The notes under the pieces are model-generated. The model saw only the letters and a program-made list of their open reading frames with translations, made no database searches and was not told the origin of the DNA. Below, in pieces: positions 48,146-54,761 of a stretch of DNA of 54,761 nt; position 1 is the stretch's first letter; every line of letters starts with the position of its first letter. The stretch covers positions 1 through 54,761 of the forward strand of contig CAYYEX010000003.1 in assembly GCA_964471165.1 (NCBI GenBank), given 5' to 3'. The stretch is from an uncultured Candidatus Saccharibacteria bacterium (GTDB lineage Bacteria > Patescibacteriota > Minisyncoccia > Phycocordibacterales > UBA2100). The translations under genes and the position numbers were made by a program.

Positions 48146-48874
48146 TTATTGTTCGAGAGTAATGCCAGTGATTGAAATCGGCTCCATCGGTCGGTCATGA
48201 CCGTCGGTTCGTGAAGAAACGATTGAGTTCACTGTGTCTATCCCCGAAACCACGTGTGCAAAGACCGTGTGCTTCGAGTCGAGGAAGTTGTTGTCGGCAA
48301 CGTTGATGAAAAATTGGCTGCCGTTGGTGTTGGGACCGGAGTTTGCCATTGCAACCGAGCCGATAACGTTGTTGTTATTTGCATGAATCTCGTCTGCAAA
48401 GCTGTAGCCCGGACCACCCGTGCCCCACATCGCCTCCTTGGAATCGTCCTTGGTGAGCGGGTCGCCTCCTTGAATCATAAACCCAGCGATTACGCGGTGG
48501 AACTTGGTGCCATCGTAGAAGCCACTGGTGGCGAGCTTGGTAAAGTTTTCAACTGTCTTAGGCGCATTGCCGTCGAACTCGATTTTGATGTCCCCCTGTG
48601 ATGTGTGGAGTGTTGCGTGCATAATTTTTTTATTATTAGTAGTAATTGGTTGCTCCCCCGTCACCGGCACCGCCCCTGCCACCGCGCCCGAGAGCGAGAA
48701 GTTGTCTGAAGCCGATGTGGTTGTGGTGGCCGCATAGAATCCCTCCACAGCGGCTGCGGCCTGCTGGGCAGCCTCGGTGTTCGTGGCCTGTGTGGAGTGC
48801 CAATCACCGAATATCATCCACAGCACCACGACCATAATCATGACTGCTGCTGGTAATGCCGTAGCGCGAAGCAT
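48146..48874 (-). CDS. Membrane-anchored cyclophilin-type peptidyl-prolyl cis-trans isomerase
   Basis: FHRVIAGFMIQGGDP and SVAMANSGPNTNGSQFFI. Start taken at ATG 48874 (MLRATALPAAVMIMVVVLW...), which gives an N-terminal TM anchor. Confidence 0.88.
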   Translation of the reverse strand: MLRATALPAAVMIMVVVLWMIFGDWHSTQATNTEAAQQAAAAVEGFYAATTTTSASDNFSLSGAVAGAVPVTGEQPITTNNKKIMHATLHTSQGDIKIEFDGNAPKTVENFTKLATSGFYDGTKFHRVIAGFMIQGGDPLTKDDSKEAMWGTGGPGYSFADEIHANNNNVIGSVAMANSGPNTNGSQFFINVADNNFLDSKHTVFAHVVSGIDTVNSIVSSRTDGHDRPMEPISITGITLEQ

Positions 48875-48912
48875 GCGGGCTAGTATACAACAGTCGCCCA
48901 CTCTGCAAAGAC

Positions 48913-49230
48913 TTATCTGCGAACCGAATCGAGATAGGGCTGAATTGCCGTGGAAATCTCGCCAAAACCCGGAATAATGCCGACAATGCTCAAGAACCAC
49001 CCCAGGAAAATAAGCATCGCAATCGAGCCCACAATTGCTCCTGCTCCCTGCATAATGCCGCGGAAAAACCACGAACGGGAATCGCCGGTGAGGTGCTTAA
49101 TCTCTTCCAGATCATTCTTAATACCCTCTTCCAGTATCTGCACCTCATCTTTCCCGGCACTTTCGGCCAGTGCCTGCTTTTGAACCTCTTCTTCGGGGAC
49201 GAAGGTTAGCTCTTGTTCGTTGTCGGCCAT
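48913..49230 (-). CDS. Hypothetical small membrane protein (acidic N-terminus, two C-terminal TM segments)
   Basis: 105-aa ORF ending with WFFRGIMQGAGAIVGSIAMLIFLGWFLSIVGIIPGF. Confidence 0.5.
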   Translation of the reverse strand: MADNEQELTFVPEEEVQKQALAESAGKDEVQILEEGIKNDLEEIKHLTGDSRSWFFRGIMQGAGAIVGSIAMLIFLGWFLSIVGIIPGFGEISTAIQPYLDSVRR

Positions 49231-49346
49231 AGCAGTCGTTTAGTTAGTGGGAGTATACCCCGTGAGATACGAATCCCTAGCGACCTATGCACAGTCGAGT
49301 ATTGTTATCTCATGGGGTATGTCAGAAAAGTGCATTGCTCCATGAG

Positions 49347-50048
49347 CTACAAAAATCCTGTTTTTGTGCCTGCGGTGTGCATGGAACACCGCAGCGAAAT
49401 ATTGTCGCTGTCACTCGCGTCTCCGCCATCGCGCGCATGCTGTACGAGCTCAAAAAAAAGAGCGCTGTCTGCCTGGCACACTGCGCATCGCCCCGCATCG
49501 CGCTCCCACACAATCGTTTTAACCTGTGCAGGAATCATCCGCTCGCGATTGTAGGCATCATCGGCGCCACCAAATGATGGACTCAGCACAAACTTAAATA
49601 TCCGACGCTTGTCTTTCATGTGGCGCTGCGCATCTACTAGGCTAAATATGCCCTTGTCGTACCACACACCCGCGTCGAGGCGCTCGTATACTTGAATCTG
49701 CATTGCTTCTCTGCGCACACCGTCTTTGTATTGTTGCGCCTCGCGATAAAACTTGCCGTTGTCGCTCAGGCGCCCGCTTTCATGCGCAAGCTCTTGGTCT
49801 GCAGATTTTTTCTGCACTCCTTTGGTTGAGGCGTCGTGACCTTCCACCACAAACAGCTGCTCGGCTTCGTGCCATTCATCGGTGTGCTCGTCGCCCTTGT
49901 CCGAAATTAAAAAGACCGACGGTCGGCCGTCGTCGCGGTAGTTCATATTCTTTTGCACTCCCTGCTGCTCGCGCATCAGCACTTCTGCATGCGAAACAAT
50001 CATTGAGCGGCGTGCGGTTGCACCCGGGTCTCCCAGAAAATTCGACAT
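49347..50048 (-). CDS. HNH endonuclease with an N-terminal ~170-aa beta-rich (PUA/SRA-like?) domain
   Basis: The C-terminus VWERDAGRCAVCQADSALFFELVQHARDGGDASDSDNISLRCSMH fits a C-x2-C...H...N...C-x2-H HNH pattern. The N-domain has VWYDKGIFSLVDA...IFKFVL. Confidence 0.6.
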   Translation of the reverse strand: MSNFLGDPGATARRSMIVSHAEVLMREQQGVQKNMNYRDDGRPSVFLISDKGDEHTDEWHEAEQLFVVEGHDASTKGVQKKSADQELAHESGRLSDNGKFYREAQQYKDGVRREAMQIQVYERLDAGVWYDKGIFSLVDAQRHMKDKRRIFKFVLSPSFGGADDAYNRERMIPAQVKTIVWERDAGRCAVCQADSALFFELVQHARDGGDASDSDNISLRCSMHTAGTKTGFL

Positions 50049-50075
50049 CGCGGCAGTGTAACAGATTGTTACCTA

Positions 50076-51131
50076 CTAGTGCGACGCAACGTAGGCACGT
50101 GTTTTGGGACCAAAGTATCCTGCCGCCGGTGAAATACCCTTTGCCTTTTGATAGGTAATCAGTGCCTTCTGTGTGAGTGAGCCAAAGTAGAGCGTCTCGT
50201 AGCCCGGAGAGCCGTCGCCAATGTTTGTAATCAGGTAGCCGTTGGCATTAAGGAACTTTTGCAGCTTACGCACATCTTCTCCTTTCATGCCGATTTCCAA
50301 GTCACGTGTGTAGCCCACGTTTGTTCCCGCAGTGTTGGACGACGATGTAAGTGTGAAGGCAGCTGCGGGCGTGGGGGTAATTCCGGTGGCGTTACCGAGT
50401 GCCGAAAGAATGGACTGAGTAACAGATACCCCTGCGGCTGTTGCGCTGTTGAACGTGGATTTAAAATTGCTTGCGAGCGTTTGTGCGAGCGTTGCTGCAT
50501 CGTTTGTTTTTTCAAGCGCCTGCTGCACGGCATTCATACGCTCCTGAATCGAAAAGACTTGTGTAAGGCGCGGAAATGGATCCGTTGCACCGTTTTTACG
50601 GATTTCGAAATGGAGGTGTGGTGCACCACCCGAAGCATTGCCCGTGTTTCCCACGTAGCCCAGCACATCGTCACGCTTCAGTATCACTCCGCGCTCGATT
50701 CCCTTTGCAATCTCGCGTAGGTGCATATATACAAATTGTTCGCCGCCGGGATTTGCCGTGCGCACGTATAATCCGGAATCAGCGCCGTCGCCCGTTGAGA
50801 GCACGACTGCATCTGTGGGAGAAACCACTGGAGTGCCGGAGGGCGCCATGATATCGAGGCCTTCGTGCGTGCGCGTGCCGCCTCCTCGTGGGTCGCCGAA
50901 GTTTTGTGTGAGGTTACCCACTTCCACTCCCAATAACACCGGAATCGGAATGTTTTGCACTGCGATGTCGCCGAGGGCCTGTATTTGGCTTTGGTACTGC
51001 GAGCCACGTCGCCAGTAATCCATCCAATCAGAATCACTTCCGCCATTATTAACTTGGGCGAGTACTGACAGCGGTGCAGCCGATATAAGGAGCACCGCAA
51101 TAAACATACTGCGTGCCGCGTATTGCTTCAT
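50076..51131 (-). CDS. Secreted M23 (LytM-type) peptidase with C-terminal peptidoglycan-binding domain
   Basis: HEGLDIMAPSGTPV and GNTGNASGGAPHLHFEIR. The C-terminus GEDVRKLQKFLNANGY...FGSLTQKALITYQKAKGI is PG_binding_1-like. Start is ATG 51131 or 51152. Confidence 0.85.
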   Translation of the reverse strand: MKQYAARSMFIAVLLISAAPLSVLAQVNNGGSDSDWMDYWRRGSQYQSQIQALGDIAVQNIPIPVLLGVEVGNLTQNFGDPRGGGTRTHEGLDIMAPSGTPVVSPTDAVVLSTGDGADSGLYVRTANPGGEQFVYMHLREIAKGIERGVILKRDDVLGYVGNTGNASGGAPHLHFEIRKNGATDPFPRLTQVFSIQERMNAVQQALEKTNDAATLAQTLASNFKSTFNSATAAGVSVTQSILSALGNATGITPTPAAAFTLTSSSNTAGTNVGYTRDLEIGMKGEDVRKLQKFLNANGYLITNIGDGSPGYETLYFGSLTQKALITYQKAKGISPAAGYFGPKTRAYVASH

Positions 51132-51166
51132 GTTCACATCATTAAGACGCATAGCCGAGATACTTC

Positions 51167-52252
51167 TTACTGTTCAATCGCAAAGTTCATCTGTGATTCG
51201 GGGATTCCATTCTGTACTCCATACGCAATTGCTTCTTTCCACGTGGATTTGTCGGAATGCTTGGCAGAAAACAACTTGTCTTTGAACACCACGGTTACGT
51301 CGTCCTTACCTGGCTCCCACAGGTGAAAGAACCATTTGTTGTCAATAATATCCTTTTGAATGTCATCAATCTGTTTTTTGCTCAAGCGGATGTCGTGGAG
51401 CACCCGCTCCCCCTCTTTTCGCGTACGAACAATGCGCAGGTGTTCGAGAATCTTCTTGTCGAGCAGACTGTTCTCCACGAGCACTCCCTTGAGCTTGTAG
51501 CGGTCAATATCGATTTGGCATTCCTCGTATAACTTCTTGAGTTTTTTGTACTGCTCTTCGAGCTTTTGTGCGCGCACCAACAAATCTCCCGTTTTTGTTC
51601 CCTCGACGGATTCCCGAATCATCTCTTTGCCTTTTTCTTTTGCCTTCTCGGTGAGCATCGCTTTTACATCGGTGAGCTCTTTGAGTTTGTCTTCCATTAT
51701 TTGTTTGATGTCAAAACATCTCTTGTCGCTCTCCTCATCGACTTTCGGCTTTCGGCGCAGAAACCCTGCCGGTAAATATCCAAACGGCATCAGCGCAAGG
51801 CCAAATACCACAATACCGATGAGTACCCAGGTGAGTGTGCTCGTGCCCGTATCAGTGTCGGCATTCGCGGCTACTGGTGTGCCACCAAGATTCACAGTAG
51901 GTATTGGCACTGTGCCAACCGGACCGGAGTTCTGTGTGGTTACCGGCGCGGGCGTGGGCGTGGTTGTTTGTGTGGGTCGTGTGGGAGCGGTGCCGCTCGT
52001 TGCCGCACTGCTTCCCGTTGGAGTTGGTGTGGGTGTGGGTGCTGCGGGTTGCACTGCAGAATCTGGAGCGGCAGTTGTCGCAGGGGTCGACGCGGCGGCA
52101 GTCGAGTCTGCTGGTACAGGAGTTGGCTCCTGCGCCGCGCCCGTATCAGCAGGTCGAGGGTCAGCTGGTGCCGAGCCATCACTCTGCGCAAACACAAAAA
52201 CGGGGGTGACGAGGATAATTGCAAGCGCGATGACAGATGTGGAGAAGCGCAT
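51167..52252 (-). CDS. Hypothetical bitopic membrane protein (signal peptide, Pro/Thr-rich ectodomain, TM, cytoplasmic coiled coil plus globular domain)
   Basis: MRFSTSVIALAIILVTPVFVFAQS, a PT-rich ~120 aa, TM segment LTWVLIGIVVFGLALMPFGYL, then a charged helical region. Confidence 0.55.
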   Translation of the reverse strand: MRFSTSVIALAIILVTPVFVFAQSDGSAPADPRPADTGAAQEPTPVPADSTAAASTPATTAAPDSAVQPAAPTPTPTPTGSSAATSGTAPTRPTQTTTPTPAPVTTQNSGPVGTVPIPTVNLGGTPVAANADTDTGTSTLTWVLIGIVVFGLALMPFGYLPAGFLRRKPKVDEESDKRCFDIKQIMEDKLKELTDVKAMLTEKAKEKGKEMIRESVEGTKTGDLLVRAQKLEEQYKKLKKLYEECQIDIDRYKLKGVLVENSLLDKKILEHLRIVRTRKEGERVLHDIRLSKKQIDDIQKDIIDNKWFFHLWEPGKDDVTVVFKDKLFSAKHSDKSTWKEAIAYGVQNGIPESQMNFAIEQ

Positions 52253-52254
52253 AT

Positions 52255-52476
52255 CTATTGCTGATTAATGAGTTCCTCGTACTCGCCGTTGCGCTGATCT
52301 GCCATGCCTTTGACTGCTTCGGCACGCGCCTTATCGTCGAGCGCCTTCATCACACCCTGGTCGGTTGCTCCGTGGCCCAAGGCGGACCGCTGCATGTACA
52401 GATAGAGCGCAAGCCCCGTGCCGAGCAAAAGCAAGATGAGGCCAATATATCCTCCTTGATACCCCCGCCGGTACAT
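52255..52476 (-). CDS. Hypothetical small membrane protein
   Basis: 73 aa with one TM segment (YIGLILLLLGTGLALYLY). Its stop lies 2 nt before the next gene start, consistent with an operon. Confidence 0.45.
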   Translation of the reverse strand: MYRRGYQGGYIGLILLLLGTGLALYLYMQRSALGHGATDQGVMKALDDKARAEAVKGMADQRNGEYEELINQQ

Positions 52477-52498
52477 CTGCGTATTATATACCCGCGCC

Positions 52499-52882
52499 CT
52501 ATGGCGCTGTTTTGAGGACCTCGTTTACCTTTTCAACAATTTGAGCGGTCGTGTAGTCGGCCTTATGGAGATACACGAGTGCACCAAGAGCTACAATACT
52601 TTCCTCGGTTTCTGTTGGCGGCGTGAGATTACTTAAAATAATGACCGGAATGTATTTTAGCTTGTCAGAGTTCTTGATGAGTTTCAGAACATCGGGGCCG
52701 CTGAGTACCGGAATCATGATGTCGAGAAGAATGACTGATGGCATTGCGTCCATCACATAGAGCTTGGCGATTGCATCGGCCCCCTCGAGCGCATGCTCAA
52801 CGAGGCACTTCTCGGGTGCAAATGCTCGTTCGAGCATTTTGATAAAAGAGAGGTCGTCATCAATGATAAATATCTTTTGCAT
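52499..52882 (-). CDS. Stand-alone response regulator receiver (CheY-like) protein
   Basis: MQKIFIIDDD, the phospho-acceptor context VILLDIMIP, and PVIILSN. There is no output domain, and no histidine kinase in the window. Confidence 0.8.
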   Translation of the reverse strand: MQKIFIIDDDLSFIKMLERAFAPEKCLVEHALEGADAIAKLYVMDAMPSVILLDIMIPVLSGPDVLKLIKNSDKLKYIPVIILSNLTPPTETEESIVALGALVYLHKADYTTAQIVEKVNEVLKTAP

Positions 52883-53075
52883 AGGTGGGTACGAAATTAA
52901 TTAGTGAGAACAAATAAAAGAGTCTCCTTCATGAGGATGTACGACGGACAGACAGAGAGTGGTTAAGACTTCGACACGTCTTATGGAGCGGTGTGACCCG
53001 AGTACTTGTGGGACGTTCTTACGCAGTGAGTATTACACATATCCACAACCGTTGTATGAACTTCTTATGAATGAA

Positions 53076-53375
53076 TCAAACTACACGTATTGAAAATGTT
53101 ACGGGGTCTTCGTCGTTTATTTTTTCTGCTTTGCGCACTGCGGCCTTGGTTGGCAATAAATATGTACCCGACTTTTTGTCTGGAAATATCGACGTGTTCC
53201 ACTTTGTTTTCCCCACGGTAACTTCGACGCGGATGGAACCGAACCCGACAGCCTTTGTGCCGTACTTCTTTTTGATATCGTCGGAAACTTTTTTATCAAC
53301 ATGCAAAAACCGCCATGCCCCCATCCCGGGAAACACAACAATCTTGGATTTCAATTTATACGGCGTGGACGCCAT
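53076..53375 (-). CDS. DUF1905 domain protein
   Basis: GMGAWRFLHVDKKVSDDI...IRVEVTVGKTKWNTSIFPDKKSGTYLLPTKAAVRKA matches the DUF1905 pattern. Start taken at ATG 53375. Confidence 0.7.
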   Translation of the reverse strand: MASTPYKLKSKIVVFPGMGAWRFLHVDKKVSDDIKKKYGTKAVGFGSIRVEVTVGKTKWNTSIFPDKKSGTYLLPTKAAVRKAEKINDEDPVTFSIRVV

Positions 53376-53615
53376 TTTATTTACGCAGCATGCCCCAAAA
53401 AGCGTTGGCCATATGTTCAAATACAATTTCCAATCGCGGGCGACGCGCAGGATAAATCATCATGGCGTGCGATGCGGGAAACGCGCGAGACTGGAGTGTG
53501 GGCATGCTACTGAGGGATTGCTGTGCTCCATCCATAGTTATCCAATAACGGTATACCCGAGTCGGGCACGCTTCAAGCGAATGTATTGACGGTTCTGTTA
53601 ATATAACGCGTAGTC

Positions 53616-53648
53616 AAAAAGGCGCCTGGGGCAATCCAGACGCCTTTT
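53616..53648 (-). terminator. Intrinsic terminator after the His-rich small ORF
   Basis: Minus strand reads AAAAGGCGUCUGG-AUUGCC-CCAGGCGCC followed by U5, with one mismatch in the stem. Confidence 0.6.
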
Positions 53649-53669
53649 ACTTCCTCTGCCCTTCTCAAC

Positions 53670-53843
53670 TTAGCGCTTGTAGATGCCAAACGCGTTCAGT
53701 ATCTGCCAAATCGGTGATGCCATATGCTCCACCGCTACAGCTACCTTTGCGATTGCTCGGCGATGGTCAGCATGCATAAACTCGCGAATGCGAGCCAACT
53801 CTTCATCTTGATGAGGATCGTGATGTGCGTGTGAATGTCCCAT
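53670..53843 (-). CDS. Small His-rich protein (57 aa from the ATG; 69 aa if the TTG at 53879 is used)
   Basis: MGHSHAHHDPHQDEELARIREFMHADHRRAIAK... has 8 His in the first 28 residues. It has its own terminator and lies downstream of the ArsR-family gene. Confidence 0.5.
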   Translation of the reverse strand: MGHSHAHHDPHQDEELARIREFMHADHRRAIAKVAVAVEHMASPIWQILNAFGIYKR

Positions 53844-53905
53844 TCGGAGTAAGTTACTCCGTATCCCGTCCGCATACAAGCGTCATTTTCATCATCTGTG
53901 CATAA

Positions 53906-53935
53906 CCATATTCGCCTATTCGCGCGCGACCAATG
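53906..53935. promoter_or_regulatory. Degenerate third copy of the ATTCGCC-ATTCGCGCG motif, upstream of the His-rich ORF
   Basis: CCATATTCGCCTATTCGCGCGCGACCAATG compared with CCATTCGCCCATTCGCGCGAATGGG at 54311 and 54393. Confidence 0.35.
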
Positions 53936-54000
53936 TTTCTTAGTCGTACTCGACTTTAGAAACATGAAGCACTCCTGTGGTGAGTGGGTCTCGGGTGGAT

Positions 54001-54285
54001 TTAAACGATGGCGAGAATAGCTTTTGCAGACTGGGACAAATCGTCTGCGAGTCGGTAATGCATTTCCATACTCTTTTGTTCCCTATCAACGAATCCGGCT
54101 GCATGGAGCACGCCAAGGTGTTTCGACGTCGCCTTGAGTGACAACCGTATCTGGTCAGCAATTTCACCAACACGGGCGGTTTTACGCTTCTTTAAAAATA
54201 CAAGAATCGCGATACGTCGCTTGTTTGCAACTGCTTTGAAAAGACGCTCTTGGTCCTTCCCCTTCATGTGAACAGTATATCCCAT
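54001..54285 (-). CDS. ArsR/SmtB-family winged-helix transcriptional regulator
   Basis: LFKAVANKRRIAILVFLKKRKTARVGEIADQIRLSLKATSKHLGVLHAAGFVDREQKSMEMHYRL is the canonical ArsR HTH-wing pattern. Confidence 0.85.
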   Translation of the reverse strand: MGYTVHMKGKDQERLFKAVANKRRIAILVFLKKRKTARVGEIADQIRLSLKATSKHLGVLHAAGFVDREQKSMEMHYRLADDLSQSAKAILAIV

Positions 54286-54310
54286 ACCAAAACGTGCCCG
54301 CTCCCGCCAT

Positions 54311-54335
54311 CCATTCGCCCATTCGCGCGAATGGG
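54311..54335. promoter_or_regulatory. 25-nt repeat containing the perfect 18-bp palindrome CCCATTCGCGCGAATGGG (54318-54335), 26-50 nt upstream of the ArsR-family gene: candidate operator
   Basis: Read directly. The palindrome is exact, and the 25-mer is repeated identically at 54393-54417. Confidence 0.5.
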
Positions 54336-54392
54336 CACAAGGATGCCGGAATGGTTACATTCTGCCGCGACGAGCTGACGGACCCTCGGGAC

Positions 54393-54417
54393 CCATTCGC
54401 CCATTCGCGCGAATGGG
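54393..54417. promoter_or_regulatory. Second identical copy of the 25-nt repeat and 18-bp palindrome (54400-54417)
   Basis: Read directly. It lies 17 nt downstream of the MazG-like stop, so it could also act as a hairpin at that gene's 3' end. Confidence 0.45.
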
Positions 54418-54433
54418 TCCACGGTGAGATGGG

Positions 54434-54761
54434 TTAGAGTTTGTTGTATTTTGTGTGGCGGCCGCGGGATTTGGATACGGGATATTTGGCGGCGTTTTTC
54501 TTGAGTTTTGCTTTGTAGGCTTTGGGCAAATCGATATCGAGCTCGTGCGCAAGCAAGAACACATATGCAAGCACGTCGGCAAGCTCCTCGCCAATGTCGG
54601 CTTTATTGGTTTTTATATATTTGGCAATCTCGGCCTCGCTCTTGCCTTCCAGCGAGAGCGGCGCCGTGCTGCCCGCAGGCGCCCCACCGTTGACGGCAGG
54701 AGCGGCGCGAGGGCCGGCGTTCTGGGCCTGCCACTTGCGGGCGAGCGCGATGGCCTTCGAC
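54434..54761 (-). CDS. MazG-like nucleotide pyrophosphohydrolase, 5'-truncated by the window edge
   Basis: My own minus-strand translation reads ...SEAEIAKYIKTNKADIGEELADVLAYVFLLAHELDIDLPKAYKAKLKKNAAKYPVSKSRGRHTKYNKL*. The EELADVL...LA..L.IDL...K..KN..KYP pattern is typical of the family. It is absent from the ORF track because no start codon lies inside the window. Confidence 0.65.
   Translation of the reverse strand, partial: SKAIALARKWQAQNAGPRAAPAVNGGAPAGSTAPLSLEGKSEAEIAKYIKTNKADIGEELADVLAYVFLLAHELDIDLPKAYKAKLKKNAAKYPVSKSRGRHTKYNKL

Noticed and set aside
53071-53589. 172-aa plus-strand ORF.
   Set aside because: It is antisense to the DUF1905 gene and continues through non-coding sequence, with unprotein-like composition.
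54355-54594. 79-aa minus-strand ORF.
   Set aside because: It is out of frame with the clearly MazG-like reading frame that ends at 54434, and it crosses the palindromic repeats. Its product is Pro/Arg/Thr-rich.

Overview
This is a gene-dense 54.8-kb bacterial chromosomal window. It holds about 50 protein-coding genes, one tRNA-Ser, one SAM riboswitch and several clean intrinsic terminators. I saw no rRNA, CRISPR array, transposase, integrase or phage structural genes. Most genes are housekeeping or envelope-related: groES-groEL, secG, RNase J, ddl, glmS, metK, nth, a MutY-like glycosylase, cyclophilin, HtpX, LemA/DUF2207, M23 and matrixin-type peptidases, and HAD/NUDIX hydrolases. Many small membrane or DUF-type proteins sit between them. 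This style resembles an uncultivated small-genome lineage such as Patescibacteria/CPR: GroES and RNase J carry N-terminal extensions, Gmad2 and PspC-domain proteins are present, and -10 boxes sit 6-8 nt from start codons. That placement is inference only. The outstanding feature is one uninterrupted 13.6-kb minus-strand ORF (4929-18500, 4,523 aa). Behind a single signal peptide it carries a Cys-rich stalk, long coiled coil, an SF2/SecA-like ATPase, a zincin peptidase, a zeta-toxin-like P-loop kinase, an ADP-ribosyltransferase-like R/S/ExE module, C-terminal hydrophobic anchors and an Ig-like end domain. Directly upstream is a 567-aa secreted paralogue of its N-terminal region. Both genes are preceded by the same ~55-nt element: a 10-bp inverted repeat with a compensatory base change, an extended -10 box, then ATG 6 nt later. 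Directly downstream lies lemA-DUF2207-htpX. I read this block as a candidate, apparently undescribed, surface-displayed multi-effector ('polyvalent toxin-like') system. Secondary observations are:
- a TrpR-like gene bracketed by a 20-bp palindrome;
- an ArsR, His-rich peptide and 18-bp palindrome module;
- a long branched hairpin after groEL;
- a terminator-bounded orphan unit after glmS;
- a heavily structured 280-nt convergent intergenic region;
- a solitary HNH nuclease with a PUA/SRA-like N-domain.
All family assignments come from motif recognition by eye. No searches were run, and domain boundaries inside the giant ORF are approximate (about +/-30 aa).
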